Assembly: GCF_046119375.1 (NCBI RefSeq)
Contig: NW_027362762.1
Location: 900,488,001 to 900,552,000, forward strand
Source of the DNA: Phyllobates terribilis
Lineage: Eukaryota
Reading direction: 5' to 3'
Length of the DNA stretch: 64,000 nucleotides
The position numbers and the translations under genes were made by a program. Below the pieces are notes generated by a model that made no database searches, was not told where the DNA came from, and saw only the letters and a list, made by a program, of their open reading frames with translations. Numbering within the stretch: the stretch's first letter is position 1; the number at the start of each line of letters is the position of its first letter. Of this stretch, positions 39,066 through 54,758 are shown one piece after another.

Positions 39066-40206
39066 GTTAGGACACGGAAACGGAACGATGGAACGTAGAA
39101 AATGCGTTTCTGCGACATAGACTTAAAGAATATCTGAATGAACTGTTTCCCTTTTTTTTTTTAAACACTATTTTAGATTAATATAAGACGTCTGTTTCTT
39201 AGATAATAGCAAAAGAGGAAGGTGGTGAGTTTATTATTGGGGAACTTTGGTATTTCTGGAAACAGATATTTTAAGCTAGAATAATGTCTGGAGATCAGGA
39301 ATCGTCCAGAGCTGTAAATTTGATGTCATTTACTCTATGTCCGGCCAACCGTTCCTCCATTCAGACAGTGTTAAATCCTGCCTCTTATTCCCAGAAGTGG
39401 CTCCTTGTACAGCTGAATAGCTCCTTCACTTGTTGTCACTGCGGAGGGGTTTACAAGCGTTCATTGTCTTAGTAAGCATGTCTGTATAATGCCTTCCATG
39501 CTGAGCACAATCCCCTATCCTTCCCCGATAAGCTTTAATAAGGACAAAGCCGTCTTCTACTTCTAGGTAGGATCGTGCTGCATGCTATACCTGGCTGTGG
39601 GGAATCGCCGCGGGCAAGTTCTTAGCTGCCAAATGGGCCGCCCTAAATGTATATACCTATATGCCCATATATTCTTCAAAGTGAATTTATTTTGCTGTGC
39701 AGATAAAATTATCATTAGTTCCGTAAAGTAGCGGGAACTCTGTTCGTCTGAAAATAAACTCCAAAAACCCATAGACACACAATGTTAGGGTATAAAATAC
39801 CAGTAATCTGCTGCCACCACTAGAGGGAGTGTTGGAGTTTACTGTATACTGGTCATGCATTTAGTCCAATAATAAAATAGTATGCAGTAAGCTCCCACAC
39901 CCCCTCTAGTGGTGGCTGCATGTAACTGAAATGTATCATTTAAAAGGGAACTTGACAGGAGATTTACACTTCAACAGAGTTTCTGTGTGTATAGGAATAG
40001 ATCTGTCAGTCTAAAGGGAGCAGGGCAGGAAAAAGCCACTTCTTCAGACTAGTCATGTCAGACGCACTTTCCCAGGCTGACTTTTTAAAGTATTTATTTT
40101 CTGAAACACCACAGCATTTCAGAATAAAATCTACACGGCTTCAATAAGTCTAATTTATGTTACCAATGATTTGGACAGCATACATCTCTTGTCTGGTACC
40201 TTTTAT

Positions 40207-40781
40207 TGAGATTGTCCACTACTTTAGGATTGCAGACCTATCCTTAGGACAGGTCACCAATGTCTGGGGCCGACACCTGGCACCACCGCTGATCTGATGT
40301 TATCCGAGTCGGCACTGGCCGGAAATACTCACGGAGCTGCTCCGTCTTCTGATAGTGGCCAGGGCTTGGTACTGCACATCCACCTCTTATTCAAATCAAT
40401 AGGAGACGGATGTGTAGTACCTTGTGGCGGCCACTATCAGAAGACGCCCAGCTGTGCAAGCAAGTATTTCCGGCCTCTGATGCCGACACCGATAGCAGCT
40501 GATCGGCGGGGGTGCCGGGTGTCGGACCCTGTGCGATCAGACATTGGTGACATATCCTTAGGACCTATCCTCCTATTGATTTGAATAGGAGACAGATGTG
40601 CAGTACTCAGCGGCGTCCACTTTCAGAAGACGGAGCAGCTCAGCAAGTAAGTAATTCCAGACGACGGCTGCTGCCGACACCGATAACATCTGCTTGGCGG
40701 GGGTGCTGGGCCCCGACCAATCAGATATTGGTGACCTATTCTAAGGATCGGTCATTAGTGCTAAAGTAGTGGACAACCTCA
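40207..40781. mobile_element. Palindromic MITE, same family as 33351-33716, with an extra internal half-unit
   Basis: ATTGTCCACTACTTTAG...CTAAAGTAGTGGACAACC termini; duplicated internal segment at ~40570-40700. Confidence 0.8.
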
Positions 40782-41926
40782 TTAAATCTATATCTCCATC
40801 GAGGATTTGGAGCTCTGCAGTGTTTTGTGACTATATGCTGACAATTTCTCAAAACTAGAGCAAGCAACAAGACTGTTAGCTTATTCTTATTCTCCACTTA
40901 GGGTATGTTCACACAAAATTTTTTACATGCATTTTTTTTCTGCAAGAAAAACGCAGGCTATGGCCAGAAAATCATAGTGGAAATTCTGCACATTTTTGGT
41001 GCCTTTTTATGCATTTTCTGATGCATTTTATGCATTTTTAATGCATTTTTTTTTTGGGGGGGGGGGGTAAGCTAATTTGAGCTCAATGGGGGAAAAAACT
41101 GCAATAAATAAACCGAAATAATTGCCACAGATGTAAAAATGCAAGGAAAAAAAATGCATCGTGAGAACAAGCCCTTATGCTAGATTTGAAAAGTGTCACC
41201 CAGTGTGAAGAGCAAGCTTTCCATTGAAATCTATGATGGAAAAAAAAACAATCTCTATCCCAATCATTACACATGACAAGATGTCTAGCTCCACACTGCT
41301 GCACCTTATTACATTGTAGGGTCTATAATGCTTGAGTTTAGTCCTGAAATCCTTGGTATAATAAAGCTTCTCTTACACTTTGCCGATCACCGTTAATGTC
41401 CCCTCATTGTGCTGAAATCTGAGGTTGCTGCCAGAAATAGTAAATGCACAGCCCGTCATTTATGGAGGCAGGTAATAGGTTACGTATAGCTCCACAGAAA
41501 AATGACATGGAAGAATGTTAATCTGCATCAGACATAGTAAAGAGCGTTCCATATCACATGCGCGGAGTCTAATCAGCAAGAAGGTACCAACATTCCCAGG
41601 TTCTATATTGCCAAAGCCGAACCTGTGTGTGATTACGATTTGGACACAGTGAACTTGCTCCGTCTGGTATTGGTTTAGGTGGCAGTAAAAATCAGTCTTA
41701 TAAGTCTCTGAATGACTCCAGATCTCATATTTATAATGATATCGGAGTCTATGTGTTAACGCTAATTACTCTTTAAAACCAGTCGTTTTCTTCTAATGGA
41801 TCTCAGAGTCTATAAATTCCATATGGGGTTTCAGGGAATGGTTTTTGTTGGCCGTTTCCCATTTCCAACAATTCTTTTACCTTCAATAAATTACCATTTA
41901 TACAAATGTACTGAATAAAACATCTG

Positions 41927-42085
41927 ATTGGTTAGTGTCAAGGGCATAGGCGCAGTCTCTACAGCCGGTATGGGGCACTTATGTGTCCCATTGGTTAGTG
42001 TCAAGGGCATAGGCGCAGTCTCTCAGCCGGTATGGGGCACTTATGTGTCCCATTGGTTAGTGTCAAGGGCATAGATGCAGAATAC
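41927..42085. repeat. 62-63-bp tandem repeat, ~2.5 copies
   Basis: ATTGGTTAGTGTCAAGGGCATAG starts at 41927, 41990 and 42052. Confidence 0.9.
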
Positions 42086-42158
42086 AGCGGTTATTGGGGT
42101 CTTATACTTTTCCGTTTGGTGCACAGAGATGAGGTTTCCATAAATGGTGGAATGCTAA

Positions 42159-42540
42159 AGAGGATCTGTCAACAGGTCAAAAGTCTCCACTTCTTTAAAC
42201 TGTCTTTCTTTATTCCTGTTGCTTCCCTGAATAGTCAGTTTTTTTGTCTTTTTTAATCTGCCATACTGTTTTAGAAATGTGGACCTTTACATGGTCTTAA
42301 GTAAGGGGGCGTGGCTCACAGGATCCTCTGGGACGTGTATTTAGGCTGCTCTGCATAATTACCTTGTGAGCCACGCCCTCTTAGTAAAGACCATGAAAAG
42401 CACCACTAAATAAAAAGTCCCATATCTCTGGAACCATATGGTGAGTTTTAAAAAAAGAAAAAAGGCAGAACACTCAGGGGAGCAGCGGGAATAAAAAATG
42501 AGCAAAAATTGGTCACTTTTGACCTTGTGACAGATCCTCT
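42159..42540. mobile_element. Palindromic TTAA MITE (AGAGGATCTGTCA...TGACAGATCCTCT)
   Basis: Terminal inverted repeats; TTAA at 42541-42544; internal GGGGGCGTGGCTCACA/TGTGAGCCACGCCC hairpin. Confidence 0.82.
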
Positions 42541-43055
42541 TTAATGGGATGAAAATATGATAAGGGCACCAGAATCTCCTATTGCAGGTGGATGGGAGTG
42601 TGGTGGTGTCATGTAGCAGCTAAAAGAAGCCTAATTTTGCCTTTGTTCCAGATATAGCAAGATTATAAAGTGCATATGATAAAGCGCATAAAACAAAGCG
42701 CATATGCAAACTGCACAGTGTGGCTCATCATTCCCTTTCAGTTGAGGTGATAGCACTATGTAATTTGCTTTAATGTTTGCTACATTTGTGATTTCTCCAA
42801 ACTATAACATGACTGCATTATGGAATAAAGTTGATGTACCTTATAATGACTCTATAGAAAACAGTACCGCTGTTTCATTGTTCACTGATCTCTGTTATAG
42901 ATATACAAACTTTTCTGGCATACACACTTTTTTGGTATTTTTGGGGGCAATGGATTTCTATCGATATGCTAAGCTTGTATGGTTGGAGCTTTTCCCAGCA
43001 TAGGGCATAGATCGCACACACGATTTGGACACAGCCCTTATTGGTTAATTCTTAA

Positions 43056-43687
43056 AGGGAATCTGTCACCACTTTGGAGTTATCAGACCTCTACTATGGC
43101 CATACAGGGTATTGAAAAGTAAATCTATACATACCTGTGACAGGCCCTGTGACATGCACTGTGCTCCCTGACTTCCCGGGCATGCACAAAGCACGTGGAG
43201 CGCGCTTTGCTTCATCCCGGATCGTCTCTCCGTGCACTGCGCTGCAGGGTTCTATTGCGCAGGCGCCGGGAAGTGACAGTGACTCCCCGGCGCCTGCATA
43301 ATAGAAACCTGCAGCGCAGTGCACAGGCAGTCAGGGCCAGAATGAAGCAAAGCGCGCTCTATGTGAGCAGCGCTTTGCGCAAGCCCGGGTAGTCAGGGAG
43401 CACAATGCACGTCACAGTGCCCGTCACAGGGCCCTGTGATGTGCAGGGGAGGGGGAGATATGATAATTAAACATATTGGCGGGGATTTGGGAGAACAATA
43501 AGCACATAGGCGAGGACTGCTTGGCGTCCCCCTAACGCCAAGCCTGTGAAAACTGAGTTTATAAAAGCAGATTTCTCTGCAATCAAACCTCTACTATGGG
43601 CCATACAGGTATGTATAGATTTACTTTTCTATACCTTCTATGCCCATAGTAGAGGTCTGATAACTCCAAAGTAGTGACAGATTCCCT
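43056..43687. mobile_element. Palindromic TTAA MITE with well-preserved TIRs, 84 nt upstream of an exon
   Basis: TTAA|AGGGAATCTGTCACCACTTTGGAGTTATCAGACCTCTACTATGG...CCATAGTAGAGGTCTGATAACTCCAAAGTAGTGACAGATTCCCT|TTAA. Confidence 0.9.
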
Positions 43688-43771
43688 TTAAGACCCTCCT
43701 CCTCACAAGCAATATTTTTCAGGTATTCTTAGTTCTTTGCTTTACTCCTATAGTCTATCTTTTTTCTGCAG

Positions 43772-44107
43772 CGGATTGTATCGCCAATTACAACAACCAA
43801 CTGGACAACAAACAAACCAACCTGCTGGTACCCGAGTCTGGTGTTTACAGCGACGTAGACATCAGCAACAAAATCAACGAGATGAAGACCTTCAATAGCC
43901 CCAATCTGAAGGATGGTCGTTTTGTCAGTGGGGCCGGCCAACCAACTCCTTATGCCACCACTCAGCTCATCCAGTCAAATATCGGCAACAACATCAACTC
44001 ATCTAGTGGGGACATGGATGAGAAGCACTGGAAGCCGTCTACTCAGCATAAACCGGAAGTCGCCCCAATGCAGTACAACATCATGGAGCAAAATAAAATC
44101 AACAAAG
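43772..44107 (+). CDS. ROBO1: ROBO1 exon, 336 nt ([14 protein letters not shown]...; CC0 region GVYSDVD, CC1 TPYATTQLI)
   Basis: TTCTGCAG acceptor, GTAATA donor at 44108; phase 1 to 1. Confidence 0.97.
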
Positions 44108-46040
44108 GTAATAATAACTTTCTACTTCCCACACAAGAACATTTAACCTTGTAGAAGGAGAAAGAATATTTTCTGTGAGGAACAAGGATTATGTTATTAT
44201 TTCTGTTTTTGGATACATTTACTTCAAGAAGAAGAGTACTTAAAACTTTGAACACATGACGGATTATGAATGGCCCTGCCAATCGGAGGTAAATGATCTT
44301 TTTAAGATCTATGGGCTGGACATGAATCTCCCTGAGAATCTTCCTTCAGAGCTTATTATTAATGAAAGAATGAGTTACCAGTGTGATGTGTCATGGCCGC
44401 TCTCTTCTCTCCAGATCTCACTGCAGAGCTGTGTGTGATTATAACTGGCACAGTACAGCAGAGCTAAGCTTTGTCTTATTATGCAGTTGTAGCCCTACTC
44501 TCAGCTCTGCTATACTGCCCTTCCCACCACACTGGCTGCCTGTGAGATGGAAGCTGAAGCACAATGAAAGTTCAGCAGCTGCAAATGTGTTTGTAATGAG
44601 CCAAAGATCAGTTCTACTTTACTGTGTCAGTTATAATTGCACACAGCTCTGCAGTAAGATCAGGAGAGCAGAGAGCGACTATTACATATCACACTAGTAA
44701 CTCACTTCTTTTTTTTAAATGAGCTTTGGAGACAGATTCTCAGGGAGATCTATGTTCGGCTCATAGATCTTAACAGCTCATTTACATATTAAGAATAAAG
44801 TGGATTTCTTTGAAGTAAGACATTAGATTGTACATATCAAGGTATTACTTTATTCAGCTAAGACTTGCATGTCCATATAGACGGCTTAGGAGGATTGATC
44901 CTACTTAAACATCCTTAAAGAATTATTTTCTTGAGGACTGATATTGACAGATTACTATGACTTTTACATTGCAATATAGGCTATGTAGACTGTCCTTGGA
45001 TCTCAAATAATTGATGACATATTTTTCATCAATGAAAAATCTAATAGGGCATCTGTAGATCACTTTGGGTCTTTTGGCTACATGTCAAAAGCAACCAATC
45101 AAATTCTTGCATGCACTTTTCTGATTGGGCGGTTTGCCACCTGATGTCATTTTATAGCTTAGTGATGATGTCACTGGATGTATGTAAACTCATAAACTTT
45201 GTCCTCATTATTATAATCTATGGGCACATTGCTTCTATTTATTCATGTTTTTTCTATATTTAACACCATGCTCATACTAAAAAAAAATTACATCCCCCTG
45301 TGCCTGGCTGGAGAACTCTGTGCTTGCCACTTCTTATTATTACTTTTTATTAGAAGGTGAAGTCTTCTGGGGATCTTGGGCTTAGATCTTTTTAATAAGA
45401 AGCACAGCTTTTCCCAGTCTCCTACGACTCAATCAGAACCGTCAAGCTACTATACATGTAAATGCAGAAGATCGAGATTAACAGTGTCAAAAAGTTAATT
45501 AGCACGAGGATAACCTTTGCAACTGAATTTAGTGCTGCAAATAATAAACCACAGATGAAATAAAATCAAATAAAAAAAAATTAATATGGCAAGATTTGAT
45601 CTAAATGTTCTAGTGGGTGAGGAATTGGATGAAGGAAGGGGAGATATTTAATTCTTGAGGATGACTCTGGACAATCGGTGATCGTCTAATAAACCACAGA
45701 TCACTATCTGGATGCTCATATCTTACCAGGTGTTAATGTGGAGGAATCAGCAACTCCGCTCATTATCAATATGAATTTTTAGCTATTTTCATAGAAGATA
45801 GGTCAAAATGAGGAGGATGGATATAAGGTATACTTTAGTCAGATGGATATGATTGGAAGGAATATGAGGTACATATCAGTCTCTTAGCCCCTTCCCGACA
45901 TAGGACATACCGTTATGTGTAGTGTCACTACACTTGATGCATTTGATGTGGGCTTGCAAGCTGAGTCCACATCTTTTCTGGAAGATAATGGCTAATTTAT
46001 TTAGCTATCTTCTGCCTCTAACAGTCGCGGGTAGATGAAG

Positions 46041-46185
46041 GATGAAGAGACCTAAGTAGCCTCGAAAGTTTGCAATTTGTTACCTTCTTTTCAGTTAGCC
46101 ATTAAAGGGTATCAACCACTGAGGACTCTCAAATCTTAATATTTTTCTATCTACTGACTAACACGGTACAAAGATATATATTTTT

Positions 46186-46190
<5 letters not shown>
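46041..46190 (+). mobile_element. Penelope-like element terminal fragment with hammerhead-like motif
   Basis: GATGA-A-GAGAC-CTAAGTA-GCCTC-GAAA-G followed by ATTAAA at 46101. Confidence 0.5.
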
Positions 46191-47755
<1,565 letters not shown>

Positions 47756-48026
47756 TTACAAAATAAAAACTGTCCAGCACCTCGTAACAAAATAAAGCAA
47801 GTGTGAACAGGTGCAAGCTGCTGTGACTGCATAATACACAAACAAAAGAATACAGCAGCACTCTATGAGCTAAGATGCGTGCAAGCATCGAATATATGAA
47901 ATGTAAATGGCTGCTGTATAGAATATACTTGTGTAATGAAGGTACGTAGCGCATGAGTTGGCAGTTTAAATATCATATATTCAGTGTTCACGTACAATTT
48001 GGCGTATACAGTGTATTCTTTTGTTT

Positions 48027-48138
48027 GTAGATAGATATTAGATAAATAGGTAATAGACACTAGATGGATAGATAGATAGATAAATATTGGAAGGGTGGAT
48101 GGATAGATAGATAGATATTAGATGGATGGATAGATAAT
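48027..48138. repeat. Degenerate (GATA/GATG)n microsatellite
   Basis: Runs of TAGA/TGGA. Confidence 0.85.
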
Positions 48139-49884
48139 GTACACATAGATATGAGCTTGTTTGAGTATGTATAAGACATAACTTCCTGTAGATAAGTCAC
48201 GTGTTCTGCTTTGTGTCTCATGTTCGGAATAAATTGATATCAGAGATAATCTAGAACACCAGAATATACCACGCTCCTTTCTTGAGGGCACGTTTCACTA
48301 ATGTAATATGTTGAGGTAAAGAAAGAAATAGGGATGTCATTTTTTTCCTAGGGCTTTAGGCTACATTACCGTGCAATCCACTTTAATAATATGATTTGCA
48401 GCAGTGCCGTCCCTAGGATCCAGATCAGTGCCAGCTTTGAACTATAAACCGTATCTCAGTAGTTCTCCACATCATAAAATTGAAGTCTCCTCGGTAAAAG
48501 GCCAGGTCCGATCACAGCAGCATAACTTTTCATTGTAGGTGACCTGGTGTTCCTGCACGATACAGAGAGACCTTTATGTGGGCCAGGATTGAGCTATTTG
48601 TGGCTACCTACATTTCTATCCGCCACAAAGGATTCCTCCTGAGCTACGTGTGGACATTGATGAGAAACAACAATGGGACTGCACTTAGAAATAATTGACG
48701 TTGGCCGCTCTAGACTCTTTTCCATGTCAGGGATTTATAGTTATTTATTTTTACATCTGACTTATTACAAACAAATTGCTAAATTAGAGGGGGGTTTCAC
48801 ATCTGTAAATCACCATTGCCAAATGATTTTTTTTACCATTTTCGTATGTTTTTGTTTTTCTGAGAAGCTGAAATGTTTTCACAGCTGCTGTTGTATTATT
48901 TATTCTGCTTATTAACATGATGGACTTTGACTGGGAACCCAAATATGCGAAGCGTCGCGGTCCGCGGCTGGAGAATGCTGCCGTTAGAAATGTGGACTCT
49001 ATTTATTTTTCATAATTTGGCGCAAATAGAAAGAACCGATTAGCAGATGAGACGATAGGGCTATTTTCAGCATCTATGAATGGTGTTCAGATGTGACATT
49101 ATTACATCTGTGGGGAAGCTATATTTAAGGGAACAGCTTACAAAAGGCAATTTTTTTTTCTAATAAGGTCAAAAATCAAAATGGTCCCACTACCACTGAT
49201 GGTGCCCCTAAAACCCACCAACCTCCATCTTGGGAGTTTAAAGTTGCCAGCACTGTTGAGACCTTATTGCACATATCTTCAGTCCAATGAACTCTGCCCC
49301 CTCACTGAAACGAAGCATCATCAATGTTTCAGGCGCTGTACTGTCCCTGCTCTGCTGAGCATGCGTCAATATTCAATTCCACCATATGCTCAGTAGATTC
49401 TTGTCACTGTACACTGTGCACAGTGACAGTGCGCTCTCTCTCCTTCTCAGATAAGTGACAAGCCGGCAAGAAAGCTCAAGGTCACGGCATGCAGGAAAAG
49501 CAGAGTTTAGGGCCTGGTCCCGTAAGTGACTTCACTTGTGTGGACGGTGCAGGTCTCTGCACACTAAGTGTTCTTCTTACGCTGTGCAATGACAGTGCTC
49601 TCTTGCCAGGTCTTTACTTCTGATATCAGCTGGCGACCAGAAGTAATTAATTTGTGTTTCAGACCACCACTTTAAAACTATTTTAATTATCATTGATGAT
49701 TAAAAGTGAATAGTGCTCCTAAAAACAAGCAAGTTTGCAATTTACTTGTTATTAAAAATCCATTCAGTTCTAAAGACTGGAGGGATTATAATTTCATTGT
49801 TTACTACTCTTTACCTAGGTTACTGGGCACAAGTACTGTCTAGCAGTGGTGGCTGGTCTCCTAGTTAATGAATAATGTGCTTAA

Positions 49885-50267
49885 AGTGGTTTTACCCAGT
49901 GCTTTTATATTGATGGCTTATCCTTAGCATAGGTCATCAACATCAGATTGGATCGGTGAGGGCGCGGCTCTGTTCCCATTTTTGGCAGTGGCCGGATGTG
50001 ATCAGTTGCGGAGTTGCACAGTTCCATCAACTGCATAGTGGCCATGGTTGATAGTCCACATTCACCCCTATTTGAATGAGCAGAACACACTTTTAGATCC
50101 CAATCTGGCCAGATGCAGTGTCCCTACACTCCTCCAATTCTACACCAGAGAGAGCACAAATCAGTCCAGGCGTGCAATTATGCCGTTGGTCCAAACTGTC
50201 AATCAAGCCGGTGAGACGGGAGACGGTGGAACAGTGCACTCCTACAGAAGATTATGAGAAAACCCCT
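49885..50267. mobile_element. Diverged TTAA-type MITE
   Basis: TTAA|AGTGGTTTT...GAAAACCCCT|TTA; shares TATCCTTAG.ATAGGTCATCAA with the 33351 family. Confidence 0.6.
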
Positions 50268-51647
50268 TTAGTGAAATTCTCAGGAAGTTAAAAGTAATTA
50301 TATGAATAAGTATCCAGTTCTGCTCTCAGACACTATATTTTTAAGACATAAATAATATTATGTTGGTAGAATCCCATTTATTGGTGCTGATACAGATCAT
50401 ATTATGTTGTGGTATACGTGGTTGCCGCATGAATGAAAAAGAACATTGAGTGAGTCAATAATACAAAGATCCTAGAACCTAAACAGCCTTCATTAGAGCT
50501 ATGGCACATACAATAGTGCCGCTTTTGCTGTAGATTAACCCCCTGCTGCATACTACTCTGTACAATGGCTTGAACATATGCTGGGAAGTGAATGGAGGAA
50601 ACCAGTCTCTGGTAATAATGACACATTAAAAGAGAGCTATGGCCGTACCTTGTGACCTCCATGTGATGTCATTGTAAGTGCCACCACAAGACCACATCTG
50701 CTGCCCTCGTCCTCAATCGCCCACTGGGAACACTAATCTCCCTCGTGTACATTGTATTAATAAGTATAGGATGTAGCATGTCTCTTAATGAAGACTTGTT
50801 GACAATATTCTTATGCCCCATTGTCAAATAACCTTCTCACATCCTTCACTGTGCTCCATGAATCAGTAATGAAGGTGCACCATAATGCCTGCTGTCTTCC
50901 TTCTGAAGTCGTTGTGCTTAAAGAAAGCCGAGATCTTTAGGAGTTTTCTTTAATCTTCACTAAGAGTAGACTGCAGCTATCTTTACGCTTGCATTAATCA
51001 CGGCATTCACAGTAGGAATATACGTCAAAAAAGAAAATATTGGATTAAAGAAAGCGCCGATGACCTGGATAAATACTACAAGTCTTCATACGAGTTAGGT
51101 GATTTACAGGATCAAAAATGTTTGTCATTTGTTTGTACTACGGGAACATAAATTATTAATGCCATTCTGCCACTCTATTCATATTCATATAAAAAGAGAT
51201 AAAAAAAATGAAAAAAAAGGTACATATAGCCTAATATTTTACAGTTAATATAGTGCCATCAATGGCGGCAGGCTGAATGACTGCTGTTGGGCTATTGGGC
51301 CTGTGAGCTGCTTACCGTTGGCTCAGTTGTCTCAACATCTGCCATAGGAGTTGGACGAACTGGTATGGAGCAGGTTCATGTGCTCAGCCCGCTCCATGAT
51401 GGGAGAAGGTTGGCTGTTTTACACAGCAGTCACCATTATCTGCTGTAATTGGAGCTAGCTCCAATTTACATGCCGTAATGAACAGTGACTGAGACATCTA
51501 AATCGGTTGGATAAGAAAATGAGCCCTCTGCCACCCCTGATGGGCCCCCACGACACAATGTCAAGAACCTAATGAGTTGTTTAATGGAATTCAGACTTTC
51601 GCTATGGTATCCTCGGAATTCTCTGTATGCCCCTGATTACTGTTTAA

Positions 51648-52283
51648 AGGGGTTGTCCACTACTTGGACAACCCCGTCTAAATCTGCATGTTTGACCCCA
51701 CTAAATTAATTACATTTATGCTTCCCTCCGGTGCCTGTGTCGTTCCAGAGTGTTGGCACTCTCGTGGGGATTGTGTCTCATTATTGTGTCACATAATCCT
51801 TGCGCCAATCAGGGCTGGCTTCACTCTCCCCACCTTTGGACGAATCAGATATCAAGAGTAGTGTTGAGCGAATTTGTTCGGCATTTCAAATTCGGGTTTG
51901 TGTTCGGGGTTCCGGCTTGTTCGTGCCAAAAAAATCTGCTCCGCCCACGAACATCCCTGATTTGCCACGCTGTCACGCAGATAACACAAGCCAGAACCCC
52001 GAACACGAACCTGAATTTGAAATGCCGAACAAATTCGCTCACCACTAATCAAGAGGAATTCAGTGCTGCAGTTGGGCATTCACTTGATGTCTGATTTGTC
52101 TGAAGGTGGGGAGAGTGAAGCCAGCACTGATTGGTCGCAGGAATCACGTGACATAACAATGTGACGCGATCTCCGGGAGAGCTAGTACCGACACCGCTGT
52201 AACAGCACCTCAGATGAGTTATTATTTTACTGTGGACAAAAATGCTGATTGAGCCAGGGTTGTCCGAGTAGTGGACAACCCCT
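51648..52283. mobile_element. Palindromic TTAA MITE hosting a nested hAT-like MITE
   Basis: TTAA|AGGGGTTGTCCACTACTTGGACAACCC...GGGTTGTCCGAGTAGTGGACAACCCCT|TTAA. Confidence 0.88.
51859..52047. mobile_element. hAT-like MITE, 189 bp, 8-bp TSD ATCAAGAG
   Basis: TAGTGTTGAGCGAATTTGTTCGGCATTTCAAATTC...GAATTTGAAATGCCGAACAAATTCGCTCACCACTA; identical TSD at 51851-51858 and 52048-52055. Confidence 0.92.
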
Positions 52284-52478
52284 TTAAGTTTTGACGCACA
52301 TGGGCTTATTATGTCCATGTACATTCTAATGCCATGTCCATAACTGTTTTAACTGTTGAACTCTTTTATTATTATTATTGCTGTTGTTGATGTTATCATT
52401 GTTACCATTATGTTTAATTTGATTTTTTAGTGCTTTTTATTTATTTTTTTATTAATTTTACTTAATTTGTTCTTTTAG

Positions 52479-52586
52479 ATTATCGAGCAACAGATACTAT
52501 GCCAGCCACTATACCTTACAACCAGTCCCATGATCAAAACACTGGTGGATCGTACAACAGTTCAGATCGAGGAAGTAGCACATCAG
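52479..52586 (+). CDS. ROBO1: ROBO1 exon, 108 nt ([36 protein letters not shown])
   Basis: TTTTAG acceptor, GTAATT donor at 52587; phase 1 to 1; hand-translated. Confidence 0.95.
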
Positions 52587-52661
52587 GTAATTATAGCTTT
52601 AGACAAATCATCATAATTAGTAAAATAAATAAGTAAATATAAAAAATTATATATATATATG

Positions 52662-52711
<50 letters not shown>

Positions 52712-53703
52712 CATATAGTGTCTGACAGGCGTGCCAAGGGCCCACCAGTAGCCAACTCCAGGGCCCCACTTTTCAGCTACTTGCAAATGTGACATTATCC
52801 ACAATCACAAATTTATACAACAATGAACTGGGTAGATTGGTAAATGAATAAGATGGTGCCTTTTTCTGTACATAGTGATTCAAGAATATTGTGCCAAGTA
52901 CTGCTCATATAAAAGGGTGGTGGCCCACTCCTGCACATCGGCCCACTGGAGGATTCTCCTGTTCTCCTGTGGGCCAGTCCAAGCCTGTATATATATATAC
53001 AGACTGTAAAATGCAATAATTTTGTTTCCACTTTTTAATCTCATGTTCAAATGTAAAGATTAATAAGAAGTTGTAATGAAATGTGACTCTCTCAGTAATA
53101 TTTATTTTGTATGCCTGGCTAGAACCCAATGGTCTAGATTTTCTGATGAAAACTTTCTAGAATTCTTTGAAGTTTTCTAAAATTTGATTCCCAAGTGTTT
53201 TTTTTTTATTTTGTTTTTTAAATACAACTCATGTACGTTTTCTTCACTGTGCTGATTAAATCTTCTAATGTTTTCCCAAGTAAAGTAATTTAATTTAGCC
53301 TAAAACAATTTTTTGACAAGTACAGATGATGTATATTCAGTGACTTAATGCTACAGTGAAATATTAATAGATCATATCAAGATCATATTGTATTTTTGGG
53401 TGCAGCAATTAAATAGTAAAAAAAAGCACTTGAAAAAATATGTCCACAGCTCATTTGTTTTAGATGATAATCTATAAAGCAATTAATTGCTTGAGGAAGA
53501 TCACTCTAAATGGTGTTGCTTGTAAATTTCATTTGTGACTTTATTGCGTTTTAGGTATTTATTAGCTATTAACTTAATGGATATATCTTTTAGTAAATGA
53601 TGAAATATATTATTTGAAAATGTTGCTTCTCTATAAATGGCAAATATATCTTGCAGATATCAGTATTGTCTTAGTGTATTATGTGGGCGTCATTGTGTTT
53701 CAG

Positions 53704-53848
53704 GGAGTCAAGGTCATAAAAAGGGAACTCGAGCTCCTAAAGGATCTAAACAGGCTGGCATGAACTGGGCTGATCTGTTACCACCACCTCCAGCTCATCC
53801 ACCACCGCATGGGGCCAGTGAAGACTATACCTTGTCTGTAGATGATGG
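53704..53848 (+). CDS. ROBO1: ROBO1 exon, 145 nt (GSQGHKKG...[18 protein letters not shown]2 motif)
   Basis: TTTCAG acceptor, GTAAGG donor at 53849; phase 1 to 2. Confidence 0.96.
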
Positions 53849-54758
53849 GTAAGGCCATCTTCTTACTTATTTCTATGATTTTTGTGACGGTGGGACTTTA
53901 TGGCTGTAGGAGATCAGTATGATTCAGTGACTTGCTATAAGTACCAGACAGAATCTGGCATCAGATGGCTCCAGTCCAGAATCATTATTTCCTGATGGAC
54001 CATTCAGACTCTGCATAGATTTGCCGTACCTACTTCTGACCTCTGGTTTGGTCTAGTGTTGCAGCCCGGTCTCACTTCTGCGGCCGACATCTCTTGGGTG
54101 CCTCTTTCATTTCCTAGGTCTTGTGATGTGATGAGGTCACGTGAGGGCTAGACAAATTTGCCTCAAGGTCATGACATCTCGGGTCCTAGGAAGTGACCTA
54201 AGCGCCTAGGAGATGCAGGGCCAAAAATTCTGGCCACAGACGTGAAGTCTAGCTGTGACAAAGGACCAGAGATTGGAACTTGGTAATGCATAACTTTTTG
54301 CTCATCTTTAGTTTTAAGCAATATTCTAGTTTTCGGCAGTCTACAATCTTAGCTGCAAGCTTCAGTCTTACGTAGTGGTAAAAGAAGCTCAGATTCCGCT
54401 ACAACCACTGCAGGGATTACATTAGACAATTTACTGTACATTGCACATGGCTAATGTGTTTTATCTCACTCCTAGTCACATTTTAAAGGGGTTGTACAGT
54501 GCATAAAAATATATTTTTGAAAGGGCACAAACTGGTTGAAAATAAAAGAAGAGATAATCACATTCCGATGCATACCCGATCCCCGCAAGTCTCTACTTCC
54601 TGGTCCTATTTCGGCCCATCAGAAACTGCAGAAAACTCCCACTCATCCAGTTATTAAGGATAGATTGTCAATATGAAAACTCCTATCAGACAATAAATGA
54701 ATAAGTAGACTTGACTCTTTTCTACGTGAACCTTTGTTTTTGCCATTGAAATTGAAAG

